A stretch of 64,000 nucleotides of DNA from Selaginella moellendorffii (Eukaryota > Plantae > Lycopodiophyta): the NCBI RefSeq assembly GCF_000143415.4, contig NW_003314277.1, forward strand, positions 865,878-929,877, written 5' to 3'. The notes under the pieces are model-generated. The model saw only the letters and a list, made by a program, of their open reading frames with translations. It was not told where the DNA came from and made no database searches. Shown piece after piece: positions 34,922-47,514 of the stretch; the stretch's first letter is position 1; the number at the start of each line of letters is the position of its first letter. The position numbers were made by a program, and so were the translations under genes.

Positions 34922-36495
34922 ATGGACTTGTTGTCCTTGGCTCAGATGCAGCAAAGGCCTGAGGATCCATATTTACCTCCAGGCTTCCGGTTTCATCCCA
35001 CGGACGAAGAGCTGGTGTACTACCTGACCAGGAAAGTTCTCTTCAGTAGCTTTAGAATCAGTGCAATTGCCGAAGTTGACCTCAACAAGTGCGAGCCTTG
35101 GGATCTGCCGTGTAAGTTGCCCGACAACCTGTGAAGCAATCAGTTAGAGATGTCCACTGAAAAATGGTTTTTTTGTCTACCTTTGGTCTCTCATTGTGCA
35201 GCCAAAGCGAGCATGGGAGAGAAGGAATGGTACTTCTACACTCTAAGAGACCGGAAGTATCCGACTGGAATGAGGACCAACAGGGCCACTGAAGCTGGAT
35301 ACTGGAAGGCAACCGGGAAGGACCGAAACATAAACAGCTCTCGGACGTCCTGTCTGGTGGGTATGAAGAAAACTCTCGTCTTCTACAGGGGAAGAGCTCC
35401 AAAGGGGCTCAAGAGCAACTGGATCATGCACGAATACCGCCTGGAAGGGGAAGCAAGTCAGTTTAATCGAAACGCGAGGCTGCCTAAGGTGAGTCTCAAA
35501 CTACCTCTCAGTTGGAAAAAGTGATCCATTCTCTCCAGTCTTTCTCCTCGTGTTCCCTGTTTCTTTCTCCGGTCGGAATCCAATGACCAAAGCTGCTTTT
35601 CTTCAACTGCTCACAGGATTCCGAATGGGTGATATGTCGCGTTTTCCAGAAGTTCCCCGGCAGCAAAAAGGCGCTGAGGGAATCCAGCAACCTCGCCAGG
35701 GACCCGCACTATGTGATAGGGGCTCAGCAAGTTCACACCTCACTGCCTCCCCTGCGAGACGACTCCCCTCACGTTACAGTCACCGAAGAAGCTGTTGCTG
35801 ATAGTAGCGAGACGAGCCAGAACGACCAGGTCCCAAGCTTCTCTGACACTTCCTTCCTCAAGGAGCAAAGGCACAACGCCTGGCAGCCCCGAGTACAAGT
35901 CGCGGCTGCCGATACTAATCCAGACACAATGCTGCACCACCCCTCTATAGCAGCAGCAGCAGCAGCAGCAGCACCGCCTGACATTAGCGAATTAAAGCTT
36001 CCAACTTGTTTCGCGGCTCAAGCCAACCTTGGCAGCTTACCAGCACTCGAATCGTACACCTTCACCACCACCGGTAACTTCTCCAAGCCAAGGCCCGACT
36101 TCTCAACGTTTCACCACCTCCAAAACCAGCCCAGCCAACCTCTCGTCCCGGACATTAACTCGCTCAAGGCTCTCGACCAGTTTTCACGGTCGCTGAGCGG
36201 TCCATACTCGGTGGCCAAAGCTGGCATACGGGCGTGCAAGGTGGAGCCCAAGTCCGCACCGCCGATGCATCAACCCGTGTACCAGCCCATGGACGTAAAC
36301 ACCGCCGGATGGTTGAACGAGAGTCACCCTCACTACCTTGCTCTGTGCACCACCACTCTTCAGCAAAACTTCCCCTCCGGAGCTTCGTTCTCTCTCACGG
36401 ATTCCGCTGGCACCGACGAAGTCCCACCGAATCTCTACCGAGCGGTTGCTCCGTCGTCTTCGTCGGCGGAAATGGACACGCTGTGGAGTTACTGA
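34922..36495 (+). CDS. NAC transcription factor, NAM/CUC-like, 3 exons
   Basis: [48 protein letters not shown]; C-terminal LPPLRD.SP, QVPSFS and DTLWSY motifs. Confidence 0.95.
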
Positions 36496-37690
36496 CAGAG
36501 GCCTCTTGTCGACTTGAGATTCGGACGGTAACAAACAACGCTCGCGTCGACCAGCGGATGTCGAGAGCAGCGACGACGATTCACAACCGACTGAAGTTCC
36601 AGGCTCCAACTGGACCGAATGGATCCCTGTTATGTAAGTACCTATCACCGCATCGAATTTCCCGTTGTGAGTTCTGGACCGCAGAGGCTTGCTCAAGGAT
36701 AAAAACAAGAAAAAAAACAGTCCAAAGCACCTGGATTTGCAGCAGCAACAAAACCGCTGTGTGTACCATTGAGTGTATTTTTCATGTTTTGAGAGAAACC
36801 AACTTCTTTCCTAGTAATCTGCAAAACAAACTCCAACCATTATTATATAGAGTACCAGCACTCCAAGAGTCCGTTCTCCTGTAAAAACCCCACCTAGACA
36901 AACTAAAAGTCCCTTCTTCGGAAAATCTCACTTGGATCCAAGACTTTACAGGCAGATATGAGTGACATCAACATGCCCAAGTAGCAGCAGGAACGAATCT
37001 GTGCTTAGATCTTGGGCAATCAAAGAGGGAAAGAAGAAGAGGAAGAAAAAATAAAATTCCACCGATGTAAGCAGTCAAAGGCTTAAATCACACCACACAC
37101 CGTGATATGCATGACAACTTATATATCCTACCAGGAAGAAGAAAGCACGCAAACGAATTCCACGGTACAGCCACAGCGGTAGCGGTCGGTTCCTTTCAAC
37201 CAGGACGATAAACACACGCGAATAATCTACTTAATGCCAAGCGACCACTAAAAAAGAATGCTATGAGACTCCCTCATTCCAGCAAAGCTAGAGCGTTTCC
37301 TCGATTCAAATCAAGCGCTGCTTCGATTGAATCAAGGCGCCATAGCTCGATCGAGCCGAGGAACACGACGCGCCTAGGGATTTCTTACCTGATCGATCGC
37401 AAAGACGCCGCTCGCCATCGCCAAGAGCCAAACTCTAGGGCCGCAGAAGAAGAACACTTATAAACCCCTACATTCCACGTGTCTTCGTTAGGTTTAAAAG
37501 TGGCGATGGCGCCTCGCCGCCCAGCCCTAGACCGCGCCGGTGGAATGCGCCAATCGGTAAGCTATGGGGTCGGGATTGATCGTCTAGCTCGCATTCTCGA
37601 GTAATTCCTGGATTCTATTGCGTTCTTGAGCTCCATCGCACGATCTAGCGTACTTTGGATCGCATGGCCTGGATTTTTGTGTATAACTCT

Positions 37691-37721
<31 letters not shown>

Positions 37722-38243
37722 AAGGAGCTGCTAATAATCTGTCCTGTTCTAGCTGGGACGCCTCTTGTTTTTATGCTGGATGACTCGCCGCTGATTCAAT
37801 CGCCTTCTCTTTCTTCAGGTTGTGGGCCAAACTTTCTTTTCTCTCGTCGCTCGCTTTGATTCGATGCGCTTGTGACGAGTCATGGTAAGCTCTTTAAGGT
37901 CTCTCCATTGGTTTGTACTTTTCTGGAGCTATAGGTACATGTCTATGTCAATCAGGAAAAGAGAGGAACAGCTGCACAGTGGTGCACACTGTGAGTGATC
38001 TATCTTGCTGGTGAATCAACAAGCAAGGCAAACATGTACAGGCAAGCTCCATCGATCTATCTATCCATCGATATATTCTGTTTGTTGTTACAGTCTGATA
38101 TTGACATCGATTTTCAGTATGCTTGCTATATCTTTGAACAGAAATTTCAAGGCCACCACCATTGCAACCGGCAAGAAACTCTCTCCGCTATATGAGAACA
38201 ACTTTACTCGATCGTCAGTAGCGTCGTCGGGCTACGTAATGCA

Positions 38244-39566
38244 TCACGTCGAGAAGAACTGGAACGAGTTCGTGTAGTCCACAAAGCCTCCAGGGTATTG
38301 AGCTGCTGGTGCCGAGGATGGTGACGAGAATTGAGGTTGCTGCTGAGGAGCACCTTGTTTCTCGTGGAAGAAGTTATGTGCTCTTGTGACCGGGAGCTGC
38401 AATGTTTGCTCCTGCTGTTGCTGCTGGTGGTGGTGGTGGTGGTGCTGCTGCTGCTGGTGCTGCTGCTGTTGCTGCTGCTGGTGCAATCCATTGGCTCCAT
38501 TGATGTATTGCTGCAAGAACAGCGACGGCTCCTCCCTCGCTAGCTGATTCATCATGGCCGAAGTGGTGAGCATTCTCTCCTTGTTTGTCCATTCGTATTG
38601 ACCAATTGAATTGCCGCCAGACCGGATGGTGTCCCCTGCCAGAAATCCTTGTACGAACGAGTCGTTCAAGGAGCCGAGCCTCGGCAGCGTCGAGATCCTT
38701 GAGCTGTCAAGGTCGGGCAACGAGGCAAGCACGTCTTCTGGCGGTGCTGCCGTTTGACTCGCAACCGCAGCTGGCCGCTTGTTGTCCGTCTTGGAAGGCG
38801 TTCTGTGGAGCTTTGTCTTCTTTCTGTAGATCCGGCACAGCACCCAGTCGTCCAGCTGCAACGAAAGAAGAACAGCTTGCCAAAGTAAGCCATCGGTTTT
38901 TAATACCACTCACGAGCTCTCGCTCTTTCTTTTTTTTTTTTTTTTGTTTTTTTTGTTTTTTTCCCCAATATGCAGGACTGGATGCAACTACTTGGAGGAA
39001 TTGAAACTTACTCTGGAGCCCTTCCGGCGAGGCTTGTGGGGATTGTCGACTAGACGGTACTCGTGCATAATCCAGTTGGTCTTCGCCCCCCTCGGCGCTC
39101 TGCCTTTGTAGAAGACGAGGGCCTTTTTCACGCCAACTTTGCGGCCGTCAGTGGAGCTACAAATCGGCTTGTCCGTGCCGGTGGCCTTCCAGTAGCCAGA
39201 CGCAGCGGCCCTGTTGGGACGAGCACCATTGGGATACTTACGCTCGCGGGGGCTGAAGAAGTACCACTCGCGCTCGCCGAATAATGCATGCTTTGGGAGG
39301 TCCCAGGGATCAAACTTGTACAAGTCCACCTCGGCAATTATGGGAATTGGAGCAGTGAAAGGATGCGAAGGAGCGGCCTTTTTGGAGAGGTAGTGCACCA
39401 TGAGCTCCTCGTCAGTGGGATGGAACCGGAATCCAGGGGGGAGCTGGAGCTCGGCAACTGCTGGTGGAACAGCAACTGTCACAGGTGTGGCCACTGCTTC
39501 TGCTGCGGACGCTGCTCCTCCGCCTCCAGGTGCTGCAGCTTGCGAAGGATTCACATTTCTTTCCAT
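38244..39566 (-). CDS. NAC transcription factor, ATAF/NAP (stress-NAC)-like, 2 exons (39566-39012, 38855-38244)
   Basis: [57 protein letters not shown]; poly-Q/H tract. Confidence 0.95.
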
Positions 39567-41937
39567 GATGGCAGTCAGGAAACTCGTGGCGAAGTATGAA
39601 GAAGGCGGGAGTGTGTAGAACTCCGGTGGCAGAGGCACGAAGAAAGCTGCGGGGATTTGCGGAGTGAGATCTGGGGGCAGATACGGATCATATGCTAGGC
39701 GCACAGGGCGGTGAATAAATCTCCATGACTTGCAACCAGGGCGGTGGGTGGGAAAGGAAAAGACTCTGCAAGCGAAGACGAGTGAGCAGTGCTCCTTCTC
39801 TGCGGATGAAAACTTATCCTTCTCACTCGGAGAAGTTCAGGGGAGAGAGGGGAGGAAAAGCAAGGCAGGAAAAGGAGGTGGCGGTGGTGTCAGCTTGGGA
39901 TGAGCGAAGCATGGGTAAAGCGCCAAATTCCAAAGGAAGCATCTGAGAGGGACTAGAGGCCCAGCTGTCGCGCTGAGAAGAGGGAGCTCGGGTCCCCCCT
40001 TGGACACCTATGATCGACACGTAAGATGTTTTGGACGAGAAGGGAAGCTCACCGCTCGCACTGCTTCGCGCGAGTGGGCCAAAGCGAGCCCATCACAAAT
40101 CCGTGCTATCGTCCCGAAAGGCGAGATCGTCTTCCATTTCCGGTAAATCTTTTCTTTCCTGCCATTCGTTCTTTCGATTTCGCGTGTTTTTTTTCCTTGT
40201 CTTATGTTCTTGAGTTCGACGGTTCTTTATTTTTCCGGTGGTTTTTGTTCTGCTTTTGAATTTTTGGCGTCTCTTCATTCACTTTGACGGATATTTATCT
40301 GATTTGATTTTCTTGGCAGGAAGCGCTTATGTGATGGATGGATGTGGTGCGGGATCCAAAAAATGCTGGCGTGCATATCTCGCTCACTGTGCTCATCTGA
40401 ATTATGTTTCGGGGACCCCGTCAGCAAAGGTTCGTTTTGGCTAAACTCGCTTGCAAGCGTGCTCTAATACTGCCAAACTTTGACGACGGAAGAAGCGTTT
40501 GATCGTCGCAGCTCCACTGCTGGATTGCTCGATTCATATACACGGCACACAAACTTAGGTAAGCCATTGCTATCTTGCAAACAAAAACTTTAGTTTTTAT
40601 GGTGTTTTGTTTTTCTGTACAGGTGTAAGCTTTTCTCTCGCACGCAGGATGTCTTCGTGAAATCCGACAAAAAACATCTCACGCGCTGTGAATCACCTGG
40701 TATTCATCTCAGCGGACAACATCTGCTGCTTCTAGTGGCCACGCAGCCGAGAGAGCGAGAGGCGTGCTGGATTGGAATGGCAGCATCGATCTCGACAAGC
40801 TTCACTTTGAGAGGCGGTGCTCATCACACGCCTCCGCCGCAGATTCGTCCGCAGCAAAAAACGAACAAGGAGGTGAGCCGAGGTGGGGCCTTTCGCTTTG
40901 ATATCTTTGGCTGTGATCCAACCTCTCGTCAAAGTTTGCTTGCTAAAATAACTTGAGTGCTCGACCTCTTTTTTCCTCTCCGAGCGCGGCGCGCAGCGGT
41001 AATAAACGTGGCCAGAGCTTCAGCCAGTAAAAATCGTGAGCTCACTCGTCCTTTATTTGATTGTCATTCTCATGACGTGCGGATTATAGAAATCACGAGA
41101 CCATCAGCTTTGTCTCAGTGGACGGCGCACGGACGAATTTGAAGCATCCGCAAAAGAACTTTGACTGGGCTATACGACAAGCTACAGGGCACCGAGTATA
41201 ACACACATTCGAATTCTTTTCCATCGCATCTTGGACTTTTCAAGCTCGTGTGCTCAGATTCTATGGGTGGAAAAGAAGCTTCATTGCTTTGGAGCTCAGA
41301 TTCTTCTCTCAGCAGTGTAATCACAGCACGCGAGAATAAAAGAGGAGGATAGAAACATTCGCTCAGAGACTCTTTTAGCGAATTTTTTTTTCCATCAGGG
41401 GGGTCAGAGATGGAACAATGAAAAGCTAGAGGTCATCAGCGCAAAAGAGGAAGAATACCAAGAGACCCAAGCGACCCAACAAGGAAAACAAAAAAAGTGC
41501 TCAGGATTTTTGGGATGAATCAACTTCACCGATCTTCTCAGAGTGAGCTGGAAAATCCAATCATCATCGCACGAATGCAGTATCCTCAGTCACAGAAATT
41601 CCATCACAGATATCAGAATTAGCATGGATATGAAAGAAAAATTTCTGTCATCACTGGAAAACTCCCAAAACGAACCGAGACGTGTGCTCATAGTGAAACT
41701 GCGATCTTCGATTCTGTCTACAGGCCGGATATCGGCGAATCAGAACGAGGAATTGGGTAGAATTATCGCACAAAACACACAAAGCGCAAGAACCCTAACT
41801 ATGGCGGCCAAGAGCCCTAATTTTAAAACCCTAGATGCGATCTTGTTTTAAAATGGATGACTCAGCCCTAGGATCAAGAACCCTAGAAACAGAGTAGACG
41901 GGGAATGGAATTGTAGGAGGGCCAAGCAAGGCTAGGG

Positions 41938-44015
41938 ATGAGGGCGCTGATTCTTCTGGCATCGATGTGCTGCATTGCGGCCTTGATCAAGAATGTCGCG
42001 GATGCGTTTGGCGTCCACCAGAAGATCTGGGAGCCGAAGAGGCCGCGATCGACGCAGGCATACGTGACGCTGCTCTATGGCGACGAGTTCTTGCTGGGAG
42101 TGCGCGTCCTTGGGAAATCCATCCGTGACACGGGAACGAGCAAGGATTTGGCAGTTCTTGTGTCCGACGGTGTCTCCATGGATGCGATCAGGCTTCTGGA
42201 AGTAAGTTCTCTTTTTTAGTTTTTTAGTTTTGTCTGGTAAGTTGGATTCCATTTTCATTTTTCTCTTTGAGCAGGCTGATGGATGGATTGTGGAACGAAT
42301 CGAATTGCTCTCAAATCCCAACCAGCAACGCCCAGCTAGGTTCTGGGGAGTCTACACGAAGCTCAAGATTTTTAACATGACACAGTACCAGAAAGGTGTG
42401 TGATCTATTCGTTTTTTTTCTCTATCTTTGAAATGGCATTCTGGCAGTTGTATACTTGGACGCTGATACAATCGTCGTAAAAGACATTGAGGATCTTTTC
42501 CAGTGCCAGAAGTTTTGTGCCAATCTCAAACATTCCGAGCGTCTCAACTCCGGGGTGATGGTCGTAGAGCCCTCGGCAGAACTCTTCGACGACATGCTTA
42601 AGAAAGTTAGTACGCTCCCCTCGTACACTGGAGGTTCGTCTAGAAAAAAAATTGTTTTTCTTACAAACTTATCATCGCTGCTCGCAGGTGATCAAGGTTT
42701 CCTCAACTCCTATTACCCAGACTTTCCCAATGCACAGCTCTTTGATCCCAATCTCAAGCCAGATCAAAGAACACCGCGGCAAATGGAGCGACTTTCGACC
42801 CTCTACAATGCCGACGTCGGGCTTTACGTACTGGCAAATAAAGTAGGTACTCGCTCGGACGTTCTTTTCTTCATGTCGTTAACGAGCTTTAACTCTTGCA
42901 GTGGATGGTTGATGGAAGCCAATTACGCGTTGTTCACTACACTCTCGGTCCTCTAAAACCTTGGGACTGGTGGACCGAGTGGCTTTTGAAGCCAGTCGAT
43001 CTATGGCAGGTAATCTGGAAACGCTCATCTCATCTTAAAGTCTGTAACTTAAGCCTCTTCGCAGGACATTCGGAGGTCTCTAAAGAGGTCTTTGCCAGGC
43101 ACGGGCGGGGGACTAGTTCCACACGACCGATTCGTCGTCGGTGTGCTCTCAGTCCTTCCAGTTTTCTTTGTGGCGTTCCTGATTTGGTACCGACGTCGTC
43201 CTCCAAATGTGAGTTTTATACTTTTCATACTTTCTGGTTTTTACTAGATAAGCTATTCCCAGGGCGTTCGTACTCCTCTTTGCAATGCCTCCCTCAGTGG
43301 ATGGATGCGGCAGTTTCGATTGTACAGGACCGTTTTGGGTGTTTTTTCAGCTGCTGGAAACGGTGCAAACTACCAGGTACTTTTCCTCTAGCGTGAAACT
43401 AACGTGAAGCGGTCGTTTTTGTTTACAGAATGGCCATACCAAGCACATTGCTCTCATATCCATCGTCGTTTGCTTTGTGCTGGCTTTGTTATCAGCTGGC
43501 GAAGCTTTTCATCTTATTCCCCGTCAAGTGATGCCATGGACCGGAATGCTACTTCTCTACGAGTGGACAATTTTTCTGTTCTCGCTCAGCTTTGGAACGT
43601 TCCTCGGCCTTCTTTACGACTGGGGAAAATCCACGTCAAGCTCATCTTCGCCGCCATACAAAGGTAAAGCACTTCTCGCGAGCGAGACGCTCATTTTCCG
43701 TAGCAGGTCACTCTAAGCAAGCGTCGATTTGGGACATGGAAACAACGTCGTATGGCTTTGGGATGGCTGCTCTGACTCTCCTGGTTCCCTGTTTGCCGTT
43801 TCTTCTCGGAATCACGGCCATGTTTGCGAGGTAAACAAAGCTTCTTGCGAGAATCAAAGACGCGAAAGTTTTTCTTCAACAGGGTGGGAACGTTTGTTGG
43901 AGCGGGGATGGTGCTCGCGGTGTTCATGACATACTCTGCGCAAAACTTGGGTGTTCGCTGGTTTCTACTTGGTCGAGAGGATGGTGGCTCGTCTCTCGAC
44001 TTGATGAATCATTGA
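41938..44015 (+). CDS. IPUT1: Inositol phosphorylceramide glucuronosyltransferase (GT8), multi-exon
   Basis: AYVTLLYGDEFLLGVRVLGKSIRDTG, RFWGVYTKLKIFNMT, YLDADT, HYTLGPLKPWDWW; multiple C-terminal TM helices. Confidence 0.93.
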
Positions 44016-44112
44016 TCATTGCAACCTCTTCGGAAGTTTTGTTCGCATGTAAACTATGGTGTGATAAGAGAAAAGTTTTAGCTGGTCAACATTCGCAAAC
44101 CTTTTGGTTCTC

Positions 44113-46365
44113 TCAAGCTATGGTATACGAGTTTGATGGCAAGTTCATAACAGTCGTCTTGATTTTCACCATCATGTTGATGCTGTTTGTGATCCCTTGC
44201 GACCCAATGCCACTGTCTCGAACACCCTGCAAATATTTTTCGACGAGCTCTCTTTAGCACCGCAAAACTCTAGCGTGTTTTCTACAAAACCTGGAATGGA
44301 AAGTGATCCGGTCCCCTCGCTGGTGCAGCATTGATCTGAACGGTTCCAGTTTCCATAGCATCACTCACCTGCATCGCTCTGTCAAGACTCTGGGTGAAAA
44401 CACACCCCTGCATTTTAGAAAAACAACGAAATAGTTAGAAACTTTCCAAAAGTATGGCTTTTCTAGCGAACCTGGAGCCCGTATCTGCTCGCATTGCAAT
44501 GTTTGATGCCTTCTTCCTGCGTCTTGATTCGGATCACTGGGATAATTGGACCAAACGGCTCTTCCCACGCTATTCTCATCTCGGGCTTCACTTTGTCTAC
44601 CAAAATAGGCCAGATGAGATTTCCTTGCCTTTTCCAATCCTGGTTGGAACAAGCAAAACAGAATGATTGAGTCGAAGGAATGTTTGCTATGCTGTAATCT
44701 ATAGTATGGTACCTGACATAGTTTTGCACCCTTTTGCTTTGCATCGCTCACAAGCCCCTCGATAAAGTTGGCTGAAGCATCGCTAACGACTGGAACAATA
44801 TCACAATCCTGTTCTGGTGGCCCAACCGTGAGCTTTGCGACCTTGGCGTTGATTTTGCTCACTAGAGTATCCGCTATGCTTTCTTGAGCCAGCACAACTT
44901 TAACTGCCGTGCACCGTTGCCCGCTACACGAGAACAACAAAACCATGAATAAAAAGAAAGAGAAAAACTCTGCAAAACGCACCTAAACGCAAAGCCACCT
45001 TTGATCACATTCGTAGCAGCAGCCTCAAGATCTGCATCATCAAGAACAATAAACGCGTCCTTGCCACCCAGCTCCATTTGTAGCGGGACCATGTTTGCCT
45101 TTCTGGAAATGGAGATTCCAGTTTCGCATCCACCTGTAAAACTGCAATAACATAAGTCAAGGCTGAGTGTAAAGTTCCTGAGGGATGATTCAGGCACCTG
45201 ATACAGTTCACCATGGGATGTGTCGTCAGGTAATCACCAAGCTCAGAGACCTTTATCGTCACGCATGAGAGCAATCCCTTTGGAAATCCAGCCAAGTGGA
45301 AACAATGCATCATGTGAATAGCGGAGACAGCTCCCTGCGAGAGATAAAACAAAATAAGAAAAAGTCGAGAGTCCCGTGATGATGAACGTCATACTTGAGT
45401 TGGAGGCTTCAACACCACTGCATTTCCAGCAATCAAAGCCGGGCCGAGCTTGGATACAGACAGGTTCACTGGATAGTTAAACGGAGGAATGCAAAGAACA
45501 ACCCCAAGAGGAACCTGCACTGAATACAAACGAAAGAGCCTAAGAAGTGTCGTGGCACAGAAAAACACAAACGAGACAAATCTTTGATTACCTTCGATGT
45601 GAAGCAAAGCTTGTTTCTGTCATTCCCGGGAAAAGAATCGGAGACTAGAAACTTTCCTTGCGATAGGATACGTATGCCTTCTTCAGCAGTGTAAACTATA
45701 AGATCTGCTGAGCGCACCACCTATAGAACAGCACAGAAAGTTGAGAAGACACTCACACAAAACAAAAGAAAAGGTGATGGACCTCGGTCACTGAATCCTT
45801 AGCGGGCTTGGCAACTTCTCTCACTAAGCACTCGGCAATAGGAGTTTTGTGCGCTTTGAGAATAGCGGCAGCCTTGTACAAGTACTCGGCTCTCTTGCAA
45901 AGGGGCACCTTTGCCCATTCCTTTTGTGCTTTCTTAGCACTCTGGAAGGCCTTATTCACCTCATCTCTCGTACAAGCTGTAGTAGAGAGCATTGGCTTTT
46001 TTTAAGAAAAAGTTCCTTTCTATGTTTCCCTTGGACTGGACCGACCTTTAGATCCTAGAGAAATGCAGGGATTTAATGCAAAAGAAAAAAAGGAATGAAA
46101 GAAGAGCTAGACACTAAATTCTCGCCATGGAAGAAAAAGGACGAGGAATTTCGAGCTTACCAGTCACTTTGTACTGCGTCTTGCCATTGGAAGGATTGAG
46201 AACCGCGAGCGACTTCCCCGACGACGAAGTCTTCCATTCCCCGTCGGCGTAGTAGCAGAAGACGTCGCCGTCGAGCACGGATTTGAAGGGGCCCTGTCCC
46301 GCGAGCCCCAATCCGAGGCCGCCATCGCAGCCGCAGCTGCTGAGGACGCCGCGAATGCACTCCAG
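44113..46365 (-). CDS. GAPN: Non-phosphorylating NADP-dependent GAPDH (ALDH11A), 10 exons; start codon unresolved
   Basis: [62 protein letters not shown]. No in-frame ATG in exon 1; the 5' coordinate given is a candidate CTG. Confidence 0.88.
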
Positions 46366-46624
46366 CGTGCCCGATGGATCGGATCCAACCCTAGGGAGGA
46401 AGATCGACCCTGCGCATTCCAAGAACCCTAAAAAACGATCCCCCGCATTTTTAGGGCTGAAGGGACGTGTCCTTTCAGCTGACTTTGCCGTTGGGAATTA
46501 GGGCAAACACGCAGTGGAGATGACGTGGCAGGGCAGCCTCCGTCCACGTGTCATAAATCGCGCGAGCTTGGAAGAGCCCTAGGTCATTCTCTAGAGGAAG
46601 AAGCGAGCTACAGGAGCGCCAACA

Positions 46625-47403
46625 ATGAGTACCATGAAGTTCTGCCGCGAGTGGTACGCTTTCTTTTCCAGTTTCTGGCATTTAGATCATCGGGATGGAT
46701 TCTCTCTACATCTATTTTTCATGAGCTTGTGAGCATCTAAGTTTCATTAGATTGGAGCAGTAAGCTAGATTTCGTGTGCGTAATCTGGGTGTGGCTTGCT
46801 CATTTCTCCCTCGGTGTGAATTGCTCCATTTCTTCGTCACGATTTCTTTTCTTTGCAGCAATAATATTTTGTACCCAAAAGAGGATCGTGACCAGAAGCT
46901 GCTCCTGTACGCTTGTCGCAACTGCGATCACCAGGTAGGACCCTCTTCTCTCTCTCTCTCTCTCTCTCTTTTTCCTTCCAATCCTTCCTTTGGTTTGAAA
47001 AATCTTTGAAACTTTGTTCTCCCAAATTCTGGGATTCCACTTTGTAGGAGGCTGCCGACAACAATTGCGTGTATCGGAACGAAGTTCATCACACAGCCGA
47101 TGAGAGAACGCAGGTTCTCCAAGATGTTGCGTCGGATCCCACGCTTCCCCGCACAAAGGATGTGCGATGCTCGCGATGCAAGCATGGAGAAGCAGTCTTC
47201 TTCCAGGTACAAAAAAAAAAAAAAAGAAAAACAGAGAGAGAGATCAATCAACACTAGAAAAAAGTTTCCAGATCCTCTCCTCTATTTTTCTTACATTGTT
47301 GTTACACTGTTGTCTCTATCAGGCAACAGCGAGGGGTGAGGAAGGGATGACGCTATTTTTCGTATGCTGTAATCCCAATTGCGGCTATCGCTGGAGGGAT
47401 TGA
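46625..47403 (+). CDS. NRPB9: RNA polymerase II/IV/V subunit 9, 4 exons
   Basis: [55 protein letters not shown]. Confidence 0.96.
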
Positions 47404-47434
47404 TCAAAAGAACATATCGGGTAAGATCAAGTTG

Positions 47435-47514
47435 GCATTTCGTGAGAGATCTTATTAGCTAGTGACTTTTTAGTGCATTTCGTGAGAGATCTCATTAGCC
47501 AGTGACTTTTTAGT
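47435..47514. repeat. Two copies of a 40 bp tandem duplication in the NRPB9 3' region
   Basis: GCATTTCGTGAGAGATCTYATTAGCYAGTGACTTTTTAGT repeated twice. Confidence 0.9.

Noticed and set aside
35825-35845. Functional miR164 target site
   Set aside because: Too many mismatches, including the central cleavage positions.
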